A DNA stretch of 64,000 bases from contig CAVTNL010000001.1 in NCBI GenBank assembly GCA_963736105.1, positions 862,688-926,687 on the forward strand, in the 5' to 3' direction. The DNA is from an uncultured Nitrospiraceae bacterium. Lineage in GTDB: Bacteria; Nitrospirota; Thermodesulfovibrionia; Thermodesulfovibrionales; Dissulfurispiraceae. Positions 52,662-62,857 of this stretch are shown here, in pieces. Position 1 is the stretch's first letter. Each line of letters begins with the position of its first letter. The notes below the pieces were generated by a model. The model was not told the DNA's origin. It searched no databases and saw only the letters and a list, made by a program, of their open reading frames with translations. The position numbers and the translations under genes were made by a program.

Positions 52662-53191
52662 TGGTGTTATGCAAAGGCAATAGCGAACGGATAATGAAGG
52701 GAGTCAAGGCCGTGCTTTATGACCTTGGCCTCAGCCTCAATGAGGAAAAGACACGTGTGGTGGATGCACGACACGATAGCTTTAACTTTTTGGGGTTTCG
52801 CTTGGTAATGCGGAAAAGCATGAAGAGCAGAGGAATGTTCCCTTTGACTGAGCCATCCGCGAAGGCGATGAAGCACATTCGGTCAGAGATCAAGCAGTTG
52901 ACGACTGAACGATACAGTGCAACGCCGACAGAGGATGTTATCCATAGAGTCAATTCTGTTGTCAGAGGATGGGTGGGTTACTTTTATTACGGCCACTGCA
53001 CAAAGGCCATGTCTGCTTTGCGATACTATCTTGTCTACAGGATGAGAGTGTATCTTCGTCGGAAACACCATTACCACAGTCTTGGGTATAGGACGTATCC
53101 CGACAGTTACTACTACGACTCCTTGGGTTTGTACAAAGTTCCAACTACTGCTCCATGGACTCGGACTGCGAATGCTTCTGGAAGAAGATAA
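52662..53191 (+). CDS. Group II intron A reverse transcriptase/maturase, exon 2 (RT domain 7 plus maturase X domain)
   Basis: VVLCKGNSE...LGLSLNEEKTRVVDARHDSFNFLGFRL...VVRGWVGYFYYGH. No En domain. Confidence 0.65.
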
Positions 53192-53593
53192 TCGGTAAGC
53201 CGTGTGCGGGAAAACCGCATGCACGGAATTGACGAGGGGGAACTGGAGATAGGGCCTTCGGGCTACTACGCCAGTTCTCTACTCTACTGAACTTATTGAC
53301 CAGATATTCAAAAAATGGATCACCAGATCGATTGTTACTGCACAGAAGCAATACCGAGGCGACTTTTCATTGATAACAAGTTCTAAAAGAATATTTTACT
53401 ATGACAGAAAACTGACAGGTTTGCTTGGAATAGGTGCCCGAACTCAGTAGAATATCTAGGTGTTCAAGCGGAAGTGATCGGTGTAACAATTAAAGTATTA
53501 ATGGCAGGTAACACTATTTTGGAAAAACATAGTTTACTATTTGTTATTTATATTTATTATCTATTTTTGTAACAATAGGAGGTTTGATAAAAA

Positions 53594-54115
53594 GTGGAAT
53601 ATAAAAATATGATGTTAGCTGAGTCCCGCAATGGCAATACTGAAGCAGTTAAGCAGCTTATTGAAGCAGGCACTGATGTGAATGCAAAGAATAATCTTGG
53701 AGATACCCCATTGATGTGGGCAGCCCGTTATGGCCACACTGAAACAGTAAAGCTCCTTCTTGAATCGGGTGCTGATGTTAATGCTAATAATAATTATGGC
53801 TGGACTGCTCTAATGTGGGCAGCCCGTTATGGCCACACTGAAACAGTAAAATTCCTTCTCGGGAAAGGTGCAGATGTAAATAGAGAGAACCGTCATGGCA
53901 ACACAGCACTACTGTTTGCGGCTTATGAAGGCAGTACTGAGATGGTGAAGCTACTTCTTGAAGCTGGCGCCGATGTTAACGCAACGAACGGAGAAGACGC
54001 CACTGTATTGAGCTATGCCTATGAACTTAAGGACGAAGCCAAGCGAGAGGCGATCATAGAGATGTGTAGGAAATATAATGCTGTCGAATTGACCGGTGGT
54101 GAAATAAGTGACTGA
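53594..54115 (+). CDS. Ankyrin-repeat protein (4 ANK repeats)
   Basis: Repeated GDTPLMWAARYGHTETVKLLLESGADVNA units. Confidence 0.8.
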   Translation: MEYKNMMLAESRNGNTEAVKQLIEAGTDVNAKNNLGDTPLMWAARYGHTETVKLLLESGADVNANNNYGWTALMWAARYGHTETVKFLLGKGADVNRENRHGNTALLFAAYEGSTEMVKLLLEAGADVNATNGEDATVLSYAYELKDEAKREAIIEMCRKYNAVELTGGEISD

Positions 54116-54145
54116 TACCAACAGTAGGCGCTTTAAGATATAAAT

Positions 54146-55972
54146 TCAGACAGAACAAAAAGTGTCCGAGGCGGTACACCCTTCCACAAAGAGTGCATCT
54201 ATTTGTGTCTTATTATCGCGAACGGTCTGGGACAGTTTCTCGATCACCAGGGCCTCGCCCTCGCCAGCTACCCCAAGAAGACGCTGTGTGTCCTGTGCCA
54301 CATTAAACTCAAGCTTCGTGATCTCTGCCTCAAGGTCCACGATTCGGCTCTTGAGGGGTCCGAGGACTTTTGATTTATCGGAAGCGACAGCGCTACGTGA
54401 TTTTTTCGCGGCTTTTCTGTGTCCATTCTTGTCGGCACCGTTCCGTTTCCCTTTCGCTTTCTTTACACGAACCCCGCCCTCGTCCTGCCACCCGATGCGT
54501 TCGAGAAAGTCAAAGTAGGTACCTTCGAAGACGTTCACCTCATCATTGTCGTACACGATCAGCTTGGTCGCTACGGCCTCTAGGATCATCTCACTGTGTG
54601 TCACGATGATTACGGCGCCGTCAAAAGCTTCAATCGCCTCGATCAGTGAGTCAATAGACTCCATGTCCAGGTGGTTTGTAGGCTCGTCGAGGATCAGCAT
54701 GTTGGCCGGAGAGATAAGGAGCTTACCTAGCAGTACGCGGCTCTTTTCCCCTCCAGAGAGCACGCTCACTTTCTTGAGCGCGTTGTCGCCATTGAACATC
54801 ATGAGCCCACAGATGGCGCGGGATTCGCCATGGGAGTGGTCCGGATGCGCGTCCATGATTTCCTGGAGCGCGGTCTTGTCGTTCTGCAGGCGGCTGATAT
54901 TAGTCTGGCCAAAGTAGGCGATCTTCGTATTCGGGTGGGGTCTTACCTCTCCACTTGACGAGGATATCTCTCCTGCAAGGAGGTTCAGAAGCGTAGTCTT
55001 TCCCTTGCCATTCTTTCCGATGACGGCAATCCGGTCCTTTTTCCCGACCGCAAAGCTCAGACTGTCAATGAGCTTCGGGCCGTCCTCGGAAAATGAAAAG
55101 GACAAGTCTTCCACTGTCATCAGCCATTTAGCTTCAAACGGGGCGGACCGAAACTTGAAGTCAAGCGATTTGATCTCTCCGAGTTTGTCGAGCCGTTGGT
55201 GTTTCGCAAGCGCTTTAATCCTAGACTGGACCGCGCTGGCCTTGGTTGCCTGGGCTCGGAATCGATTAATAAACTGCTCCACTTCCTTGCGTTTCTTCTC
55301 GTCGTTCTGGCGCGTCTTTTCATGGATCTCTTCTTCTAGGAGGACTTGGTCGTATAGCTTCTGCGTGTTGCCGGGGACCTTTCGCATCTTGCAGCGGTGG
55401 ATGATCATCGTATGCGTCGTGACGCTATCCATGAATTCGCGGTCATGCGTAATGATGATCATCTCGTTCTGCCATGCGCGCAAAAATTGTGTCAGCCAGC
55501 GGACTGAGACGATGTCTAGGTAGTTTGTCGGTTCGTCGAGGAGCAGCAGGTTGGGCTCAGATACAAGTACCTTGGCAAGGTTCAGCCGCACCTGGTATCC
55601 GCCGGACAACGACGACGGAGGCCGATCGAAGTCGTCATTGGTGAATCCCAGGCCGTGGAGAATGGCTTCGGCCTTGTATGTTTCGTCAATGTGGTCCTCG
55701 TTTTTCGGGAGGGCGAGGCAGGCCTCCTGGAGCACCGTGTCCTCGGCGAAGTTGATATGCTGGGACAGATGGCCGATGGTGTATCCCGAAGGTACCGTGA
55801 TCGTGCCGGCGTCCTGGCGCGCTTCGCCGAGGATCATGCGAAAGAGCGTTGATTTGCCGTGGCCGTTGCGGCCCACAAGGCCCACACGTTCACGCGGGTT
55901 AACGGTAAAGCCGACGCCGTCAAACAGCACCTGCTTGCCGTAGGATTTATCGATATTCGCGACCTGTAGCAT
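54146..55972 (-). CDS. ABC-F family ATPase (tandem ABC domains, no TMD; Uup/EttA-like)
   Basis: Two Walker A motifs (GRNGHGKST; GKNGKGKTT). Two LSGG signatures. Inter-domain linker and basic C-terminal extension. Confidence 0.85.
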   Translation of the reverse strand: MLQVANIDKSYGKQVLFDGVGFTVNPRERVGLVGRNGHGKSTLFRMILGEARQDAGTITVPSGYTIGHLSQHINFAEDTVLQEACLALPKNEDHIDETYKAEAILHGLGFTNDDFDRPPSSLSGGYQVRLNLAKVLVSEPNLLLLDEPTNYLDIVSVRWLTQFLRAWQNEMIIITHDREFMDSVTTHTMIIHRCKMRKVPGNTQKLYDQVLLEEEIHEKTRQNDEKKRKEVEQFINRFRAQATKASAVQSRIKALAKHQRLDKLGEIKSLDFKFRSAPFEAKWLMTVEDLSFSFSEDGPKLIDSLSFAVGKKDRIAVIGKNGKGKTTLLNLLAGEISSSSGEVRPHPNTKIAYFGQTNISRLQNDKTALQEIMDAHPDHSHGESRAICGLMMFNGDNALKKVSVLSGGEKSRVLLGKLLISPANMLILDEPTNHLDMESIDSLIEAIEAFDGAVIIVTHSEMILEAVATKLIVYDNDEVNVFEGTYFDFLERIGWQDEGGVRVKKAKGKRNGADKNGHRKAAKKSRSAVASDKSKVLGPLKSRIVDLEAEITKLEFNVAQDTQRLLGVAGEGEALVIEKLSQTVRDNKTQIDALFVEGCTASDTFCSV

Positions 55973-56179
55973 TCTTTAGACCTTCCTTAAAAAAAAGTAT
56001 GCAAAAATACAACCCTATATGATAACTCAGCAGCGCAGTTAAGGTAAATGGTTAGGAGTAGACATTGATAACGCTGTTTTGGTAGTTATATTTGGAAATA
56101 GATTGTTGAGAAGGGATTAATTAAGAGATGAAGGTCAGGGGATGGAATAGTTCCATAGCTATGATTCGTAAATCTAAGA

Positions 56180-56617
56180 CTACGAATAACACAGTATTGC
56201 GCTTGCACTAAGTTCTTTACTTCGCGGTATCTTGTTTACCTGATCTATGATCTCGGCTGCAGTTGCCACATCTTTCATGATGAGACTCTTTCTTGCATCC
56301 ACACCGATTTTGGTCGCTTTAGGTGTTATCGTGTCGATATAGACATAAATCGTCAAGTCTGGTGTCTCAGCGGTAATTTTCATGCCATCCGCTGTCTGTT
56401 CTCGCCACAGGTCCCTGATCTCCATTTTTATCAATGCCTGATGAACCGCAGCTTCGACCTCACCTGAAGGATAACTTACCGTTTTGTATGCGACATTGGT
56501 AATCGTATAAGCTATACCACCGCCAGCGCCAGCCACCAAAATACTCACGCAACCCTCTGAAATAATCAAGAAGACCAAAAGGAGAAATAAATTTGCAGCT
56601 CTTTGTGCGGGCATCAT
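56180..56617 (-). CDS. Hypothetical small lipoprotein
   Basis: Signal peptide plus Cys (ISEGC). 145 aa. Confidence 0.35.
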   Translation of the reverse strand: MMPAQRAANLFLLLVFLIISEGCVSILVAGAGGGIAYTITNVAYKTVSYPSGEVEAAVHQALIKMEIRDLWREQTADGMKITAETPDLTIYVYIDTITPKATKIGVDARKSLIMKDVATAAEIIDQVNKIPRSKELSASAILCYS

Positions 56618-56861
56618 ATGTAGATTATATTCATATGCACATCCGAAACGACCTCACCTTTGCGCATAATTAACCATCAGATGTAACGTACCTCGCAGAA
56701 TCTTTCCGATTCGCATTCGCATATTTGATGTTAAATTACGTCCGTTGGCATAGTAATTATATGCATTTAGGTATTATCCCAAATGATTGACAACCATTAC
56801 TTTGGGGTTATACTTTATTAGAAAGTAGTTGAATCTAATCTTTTCTAAAGTGGAGGAAAAC

Positions 56862-57065
56862 ATGACAATCTGGAAATGTAATAAATGTGGCAATACAATA
56901 GAAGCAGCTGTTTATCCTGATACCTGTCCTTCTTGTAAAGAAAAGTGTGAATATGTTGACGTCACTTGCTATCTCCCCGAGTGTGGCGGACCCACGTCTG
57001 GCAACATTAATCCGCAAGTGTTCAAGGAAAGTTCTAAAGCTGACGAACGAAAATTTTCAAAATGA
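56862..57065 (+). CDS. Rubredoxin-like zinc-ribbon protein
   Basis: MTIWKCNKCGNTIEAAVYPDTCPSCKEKC: two CxxC pairs about 20 aa apart. Confidence 0.5.
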   Translation: MTIWKCNKCGNTIEAAVYPDTCPSCKEKCEYVDVTCYLPECGGPTSGNINPQVFKESSKADERKFSK

Positions 57066-57227
57066 TGTAGGCATTTCTTTGCATATCTTTTTCAAGTAAT
57101 GACTGCATAGGAACAGCACAGCTGAAATCCTTGCCTAAAGTGCAGCAAGATAGATGGCCATTCCTGACTTCGATGCGATGAGCAGTTTCTCGTAGCACGG
57201 CCTTTTCCGTTCACTGGAAAATATACT

Positions 57228-57704
57228 CTAGTGTTTTATTCTGAACTTTAGGAGCTTTCGTAGATGGTCCAGCTCTTCTTTAATGACCGTCTCGATTACT
57301 TGTTCTCTGTCAAAGACAGCCATATACTTCAGTTCCGAAAAAAACACTACCGAATCCTTTTCAAACGAAAGGGCTTGGTCCAGGACATCTTCAAATGTCT
57401 TTAGATTGTCCAGAGTGGTTCTAAGCGTATCTCGGTTAGCCAGTGAATGGGAAGCGCAGAATTCCTTCATATATGCGTTGAATTCACCTTCGTAGCTTTC
57501 CTCTGCATCAAATTTATCAGCCGATTTTGCCAGATCCTTGAAGAGCTTCTCATGTTTCATCTCTTCCAGTGCAAGGTAATCAAAAAGTGCAACAATATTG
57601 CGATCATTAAATTTCTTTGATGCTTCGCTATAAAACTCATATCCGTTTTGCTCAATATACACAGCAAAATCTAGAACTTCTTTTACTTCAAACAAGACTC
57701 CCAT
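57228..57704 (-). CDS. Ferritin-like/rubrerythrin-family diiron-fold protein
   Basis: EEMKHE and EELDH ExxH-type motifs in a four-helix layout. 158 aa. Confidence 0.55.
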   Translation of the reverse strand: MGVLFEVKEVLDFAVYIEQNGYEFYSEASKKFNDRNIVALFDYLALEEMKHEKLFKDLAKSADKFDAEESYEGEFNAYMKEFCASHSLANRDTLRTTLDNLKTFEDVLDQALSFEKDSVVFFSELKYMAVFDREQVIETVIKEELDHLRKLLKFRIKH

Positions 57705-57941
57705 AGCATCCCCCGTTTGGAATTATATCAAAGATATATGCTGCATTACATTTAATCAAATTATAATAGGAAAATATTCTAATACAACGGCACAATTACA
57801 TCATAGCTTCACGTTGTGAACAATTTGTCATGGAATCACCAACTTTCATAACTACGATTTGCTATAATCTGCTGACTGTTACCGCAAATGTTTCTGGATA
57901 AGTAATAGCCGGGACTGAGCTTTATAAAGCCAAAGGGGTGC

Positions 57942-58763
57942 GTGCTTATGCGCTTAGGAATCTGGGGAACATTGATTGTATTGCTTATTACTCCAACTCT
58001 GGTTTTTGCTGATGGCGACTGGCTACCAAAATCACCTGATCAAATAGAAAAAGTGAAAAAAGTAGTAACAGGCAATGTTAGAGACCTTGCAGAAAAGGCT
58101 CATTACTTTCCCTTATCTTTAGTTAGTACTTATGTGGATGGACTGATGAATTCAATGAATCAGCACAAGGGTCAGGGAATATATATTTCCCAAGATGGGC
58201 AAGCCGCTGCAAAATTCATGTATACCATGGATGAAAACGGAAATATTCGCACTGTGAAGATCGTGAAATATAAAAAAGACTTTAGCGAATTATTCAGTAA
58301 ATATAATATCAATCAGAATGAATGGGGCACCCTGATACATCAATTCAATTCATTAGGCTATGCTGCTGCATCGATTCCCAGTGGCAGCTTCAAGCTGAGG
58401 TATGATTTTGAAAAAGGCAACTTTGTCTCTCAAAGAAAGACCAACACGGTTTCTATAACCAAAGAGACATTAGGCTCCAAGGTCATTACTTCCGCCGCCA
58501 ACGGCGCCGCAGGTACAGACTACCTAACACTTATCGGCAATAAAATTCATCAACAGTGGGTGCCCCCCGAAAATGTCGATAAAAGCCTTATTGCCATGAT
58601 CAACTGTAGAATTACAGAAAACGGAAACGTTACCATACTGGGTTTCGAAAAGAAGTCCGGCAATGGTTTATTTGACAGGGCTGCCCTCAAGGCCATAAAC
58701 AATGCAGCTCAGCTTCCTCCGCCATCGACAGAAATGGAAATCGGTGTGACATTTTATCCATGA
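57942..58763 (+). CDS. Secreted protein with TonB/TolA C-terminal-like domain
   Basis: Signal peptide. C-terminal ...KIHQQWVPPENV...RITENGNVTILGFEKKSGNGLFDRAALKAINNAAQLPPP resembles TonB_C. Confidence 0.4.
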   Translation: MLMRLGIWGTLIVLLITPTLVFADGDWLPKSPDQIEKVKKVVTGNVRDLAEKAHYFPLSLVSTYVDGLMNSMNQHKGQGIYISQDGQAAAKFMYTMDENGNIRTVKIVKYKKDFSELFSKYNINQNEWGTLIHQFNSLGYAAASIPSGSFKLRYDFEKGNFVSQRKTNTVSITKETLGSKVITSAANGAAGTDYLTLIGNKIHQQWVPPENVDKSLIAMINCRITENGNVTILGFEKKSGNGLFDRAALKAINNAAQLPPPSTEMEIGVTFYP

Positions 58764-59050
58764 GAGAGACATCGTCCACGCAAACACAATAATTTTCTTG
58801 TTCTTCATTAGTGCATAATGTCTGCCTATATGGCCACAAGTGCGAACTCGTAGCCATTAGTATGCGCAAAACACCCTCCCGCGATTATCAGGCTAACAGG
58901 TGGCACCAACATCTTCCGTTTGCGAGCGCCGGTCTCAACTTGCCGCAAGAAGTTGATCCAGTACTATATTGAAACGCCGCCCGAACACTCTGTACGAACT
59001 GTGTCTGCATATCGACTGATTTTGCCGCTAGCGCCTTCTTCTTCCATGTT

Positions 59051-59443
59051 TTATCGATTCGGAGAAATCTTTGTACAAATAGAAGAACCTATGAACACTT
59101 CTAGCAGGCTGAGCGGAACGGCATAAATAAGAATAGCACTTGGCAGTACATTCAGATTCCAAGTGACGACCCACATCAAAACAAATGCTGTAAACCAACT
59201 AACTAAAGTCGTTTGTATGATATTGAATTTTCTGGAAATGAGATAAATTACTATGGCAAATAAAAACCCCCATGCAACCCAAATCATTCCATTCTGCGGT
59301 TTGGAGGGAAAAGTCATTCCGAGTGATTGATAATGGTCAACCCAATATGTTTTTAGAAGAACCTCATTTCTAAAAAACTCAGATGCATTCACCCAAATAC
59401 CAGTGAGTATTACTGCAACGATGCTTCGGAATGGTAGATTCAT
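59051..59443 (-). CDS. Hypothetical 4-TM membrane protein
   Basis: Four hydrophobic helices in 130 aa. Confidence 0.35.
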   Translation of the reverse strand: MNLPFRSIVAVILTGIWVNASEFFRNEVLLKTYWVDHYQSLGMTFPSKPQNGMIWVAWGFLFAIVIYLISRKFNIIQTTLVSWFTAFVLMWVVTWNLNVLPSAILIYAVPLSLLEVFIGSSICTKISPNR

Positions 59444-59616
59444 AGCTACTCCTTAATCGAGATGTTTTTTAGATTCATTAGTTCTGCCTGTCATTTGCAA
59501 ATGGTCAATTTGAAGTGCTTTTCACCATCGGAACGCGGATGATAAAATCCGGAGTCGAGATGAAGTCCACTTCTCCTTTAATATATTTAAGATATAAATA
59601 TAGCACCTACCCCATC

Positions 59617-59985
59617 CTATTTCTTGAGTTGCCCCGTATCATACAATGCCTCGATGTCAAAAGCGGGTACTGTAACGGAGATATAGATAAGTTTCTCCGA
59701 TCCTGCATTCTCAACTGCGTGCTCCATGCTTGAAGGGATATAGAGCAGATCTCCTGTCTGAACATCTGCAATCTCAGAGCCAACCTGTATGCGACCATTC
59801 CCACTGATAATTATATAGACTTGTTCCGGCACATGATGATGAGGTTGCTGATTCGAGCCTGGCTCGACCTCCACCCTGGCAATTGCCATATTATCAGTTG
59901 GTGTATCTCCGGACTGTAGCAATATGTGCGACACTAAGCCTGAACGAATGCGTTTTGGTGATTCTGCAAGACTTCTTTTAAACAT
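59617..59985 (-). CDS. Cupin-domain protein
   Basis: Cupin motifs G(X)5HxH...E and PxGxxHxxxN-like (PGSNQQPHHHVPEQVYIIISGNG...GDLLYIPSSMEHAVEN). Confidence 0.7.
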   Translation of the reverse strand: MFKRSLAESPKRIRSGLVSHILLQSGDTPTDNMAIARVEVEPGSNQQPHHHVPEQVYIIISGNGRIQVGSEIADVQTGDLLYIPSSMEHAVENAGSEKLIYISVTVPAFDIEALYDTGQLKK

Positions 59986-60035
59986 CCTCTCTCCTAAGGC
60001 AACAATTGATGATATTAACTTTAAAAAACATTAAT

Positions 60036-61515
60036 CCCAGAATTGTCATTAGAGATGAGAAGTGAATGGAACGGGCAGATCAAAATCTTTTGATTTGCCC
60101 CAGAGCCCCTCAAACCATTGCCGTCGTCGCATCGCCAGGCAAAGCTTAAGAATACGTCTATTCCCATCTTTGACTAAGTAGCCGCCGGCAGCAAATATCT
60201 TGTATAGCATTGTCTTTAAAGTTGGTTGGACCTTACTGCACAAGACCACCTGGCGAAACAGACTCATCAGGTTATAGGCAAGCATTACGCAGTTCATTGC
60301 TGTTTCAGTGGCGCTGAAACTTTGCATATTGAAGCTGTCAGCACCAAAGTCATACTTCAGTTCCTTGATCCGGTTTTCAGCATCCGCTCGCAGCCGGTAG
60401 ATTTTCCATACAAGATGAGCGGGAAGCTCCAGGCTAGTAACAAAACAGCCATATCGATAGTCCCTGATCTCCACTTCCTCTGCAAACAATCTCAACACTT
60501 TGCCAGTTGCCTTCGGCCTTCTGGAAACCCGCTGTCGCACCATGACCATTCTGCGCTCTTTACCCCAGCCATTGGCCCCGTAAAGAACTGAAGCCACTTC
60601 TATGCCCTCTTCAACCTCAAACCACTGCCGATGCGCCGCAAGCATGCGTTGCACAGGCGCATGTAGTCGTGTCGCAATAATATAGGGGATTGTATGCTGA
60701 GGTTCCTCAAGATACTCCAGTATTGTCTTTTGGCAAAATCCACTATCTGCACGCAACAGACCAACCTTCTTGCCGGCAAGGTGCTCCAGAGTGTCTTGCA
60801 AAAATCCCTCAAAGTTATTTGCCGTGTGGGCATCACCAGATCTCAGCCAGCAGTTGGCCACCATTCGACAATCTGCAACAAATGCTAGAAGTGGATGATG
60901 GGAGTTTCTCCCTGGCTTCTGAGGATTATAGCCACGCCGCGCTCCTTCCTGTTGCCCGTACCGACTCATAACCGTTGAGTCCAAATCCAAGGTGAAGTTA
61001 TCAAAATGCAGGTGCTCAAAAAACCACTGATAGAGTTCCTGAAACACTCTCTGGTTCGTTGCTTGCCCAAACTTCCTGAAATATCTTTGAACTGACTTAT
61101 GCCCGGCCATACGTCTGTAATCAAATATCTTCCGTATCGCTTCATCATACCGAGTGACTTCCAAATGCTCAAATCGGTTGGCTCCGCACCACACGCTTAC
61201 TAGAAACTGTTCTATCAGTTGTTCAGGTGCATACCCCCGATTGGAACCTTGCATCGGCAGTGCTGCCCGCTTTAATGCTCCCCGAAAGTCCATTTTCCCA
61301 AGCATCCGGTTCATTAGCGCCATGCCGCCCCATGGGGTTATTTCTTTGTCGCTAAAGCTCAGCTCAAGCTCTCGTGCCATGTATCGGTTCCTTACGCTAT
61401 TTTAGCTTCCGATTGTGCCGAAGGCATTGAAATATCTTATCGCTTTTTCAGTAACTTATCCAGCACAATTCCTAATGGCGGCCATTAGAAATTCTTAGCT
61501 AATGACAATTCTGGG
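60036..61515 (-). mobile_element. IS1380-family insertion sequence, copy 2 (1480 bp; about 99% identical to copy 1, same orientation)
   Basis: Same 17-bp TIRs at 60036-60052 and 61499-61515. Flanks TTAAT (left) and ATAAA (right). Confidence 0.8.
60049..61380 (-). CDS. IS1380-family DDE transposase (copy 2)
   Basis: 443 aa, a few substitutions compared with the copy at 34807..36138. Confidence 0.85.
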   Translation of the reverse strand: MARELELSFSDKEITPWGGMALMNRMLGKMDFRGALKRAALPMQGSNRGYAPEQLIEQFLVSVWCGANRFEHLEVTRYDEAIRKIFDYRRMAGHKSVQRYFRKFGQATNQRVFQELYQWFFEHLHFDNFTLDLDSTVMSRYGQQEGARRGYNPQKPGRNSHHPLLAFVADCRMVANCWLRSGDAHTANNFEGFLQDTLEHLAGKKVGLLRADSGFCQKTILEYLEEPQHTIPYIIATRLHAPVQRMLAAHRQWFEVEEGIEVASVLYGANGWGKERRMVMVRQRVSRRPKATGKVLRLFAEEVEIRDYRYGCFVTSLELPAHLVWKIYRLRADAENRIKELKYDFGADSFNMQSFSATETAMNCVMLAYNLMSLFRQVVLCSKVQPTLKTMLYKIFAAGGYLVKDGNRRILKLCLAMRRRQWFEGLWGKSKDFDLPVPFTSHL

Positions 61516-61520
61516 ATAAA

Positions 61521-62192
61521 TCATTTCTTTATTTTTGTAATCTCAAACAAATGTTTCCTATAAAAGTAAGCTAATATGAATAGTATAATAAAAATTATCG
61601 TTAGGACGAGGAATGCTACGGTGTTTTCATTTCTCACCCAGTACCCGCATACTGACGACAAAATGGTTCCCAATAGCCTGCCGGCAGTGGCAATAATAAT
61701 GAATGTATAGATGTTCATGTTGCTCAAGCCTATGATGTAACACAGTGCAGATTTGGGAAAGCCTGGTATCAGAAATAAGATTAAGATAACTATAGCCCCG
61801 CGTTCCTCCATAAAATTATCATATTTTTCTAGTATCAAGGGATTCACTATTTTTTTGACAAGTGGCAGTCCGTATGTTCTTGCAAGATAAAACGCTAACA
61901 GTGACCCGATACTCATACCTATAACGGAATAGAGCGTGCCAATGAACGGGCCATAAAGATAACCGCCGATGAATTCTGTTATCTCGCCGGGGATGAGTCC
62001 TGCACTTAAGACCTGGAGAATTTGAATGAAAATGAAAACCACTTCGTCATATGGGTGGAAGGAAAGAATAATTGTAGCTGTCTTTTTGGGATGGATTATG
62101 TAACTGACAAGTTTGTAATGGCTGACCAGGTAAATCCACAGGATCATAAGCAGGATCAAGGATACGCTCTTGAAAATACTTTTTGCTTTCAT
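61521..62192 (-). CDS. TVP38/TMEM64 (DedA-like) family membrane protein
   Basis: SNARE-associated/DedA motif region (GLIPGEITEFIGGYLYG...FLIPGFPKSALCYIIG). Confidence 0.6.
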   Translation of the reverse strand: MKAKSIFKSVSLILLMILWIYLVSHYKLVSYIIHPKKTATIILSFHPYDEVVFIFIQILQVLSAGLIPGEITEFIGGYLYGPFIGTLYSVIGMSIGSLLAFYLARTYGLPLVKKIVNPLILEKYDNFMEERGAIVILILFLIPGFPKSALCYIIGLSNMNIYTFIIIATAGRLLGTILSSVCGYWVRNENTVAFLVLTIIFIILFILAYFYRKHLFEITKIKK

Positions 62193-62543
62193 CTTTATAA
62201 AATATCAGATTAATCTACAAAGTGTACATTTCAAGCAAGCGCTATTGCATAAAACGGAGTCTATCTCAATTGCGGTACTTGGATAAAACAAGGGGAAAAT
62301 CGTATGGCTGAGTAAAATGTCTCTAGGATCCTCGGTAGGTGCGTGCTGAGTGAGCACAGGAATATTCATCGCTCATACAAAGGACCTCATGGTATTGGCA
62401 CGTGGGTTAGAGACTTCTTAGTGGAATGTTGAAACGACCACCGATGCTTTCCGTTTCTATTCATCAGTGTATTTATGGTGCGATTTTCCGATGGCTGTCT
62501 GCTGCCATAGTTTAGCATCCCGCAAGAATGCAATGCCGACAGC

Positions 62544-62852
62544 TTACTGCTTTAGTTGCGTATTCCTGGAATGTGCCGGAGCGTATCGTCGCTCTCCGGA
62601 AATTGGATCGTAAAGAACCTCCACTGTCTGTCCTGTCTCAGGATCCTCGAAACATTCACCTGTTCGCTGCCACTGTCCGCTTACGCAGTGTTCAATACGA
62701 TGGTAGCGCCAACGTTCACAAAGGACTGCAATTACGACAATCGCCCCAAAGGTCAGAGCCGGGCGTCCGGAAGGCGTGCCACACACTATCGACAACACCA
62801 GACCAATACCTGTTAGCACTAAACCTAATACAAGCAGTAAAGAACGAAGCAT
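62544..62852 (-). CDS. Small membrane protein
   Basis: Two TM helices; 102 aa; 4-nt gap to the downstream ybjQ-like gene. Confidence 0.3.
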   Translation of the reverse strand: MLRSLLLVLGLVLTGIGLVLSIVCGTPSGRPALTFGAIVVIAVLCERWRYHRIEHCVSGQWQRTGECFEDPETGQTVEVLYDPISGERRYAPAHSRNTQLKQ

Positions 62853-62857
62853 AATTG

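Larger units (their letters stand above)
49383..53270 (+). mobile_element. Group II intron A (outer intron) with its IEP split by a nested intron; boundaries approximate
   Basis: 5' GTGAGCCGGCAG... at 49383. RT ORF from about 49758/49995. Domain V AAGCCGUGUGCGGGAAAACCGCAUGCACGGAAUU at about 53198-53232, followed by a domain VI-like helix. Confidence 0.55.
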
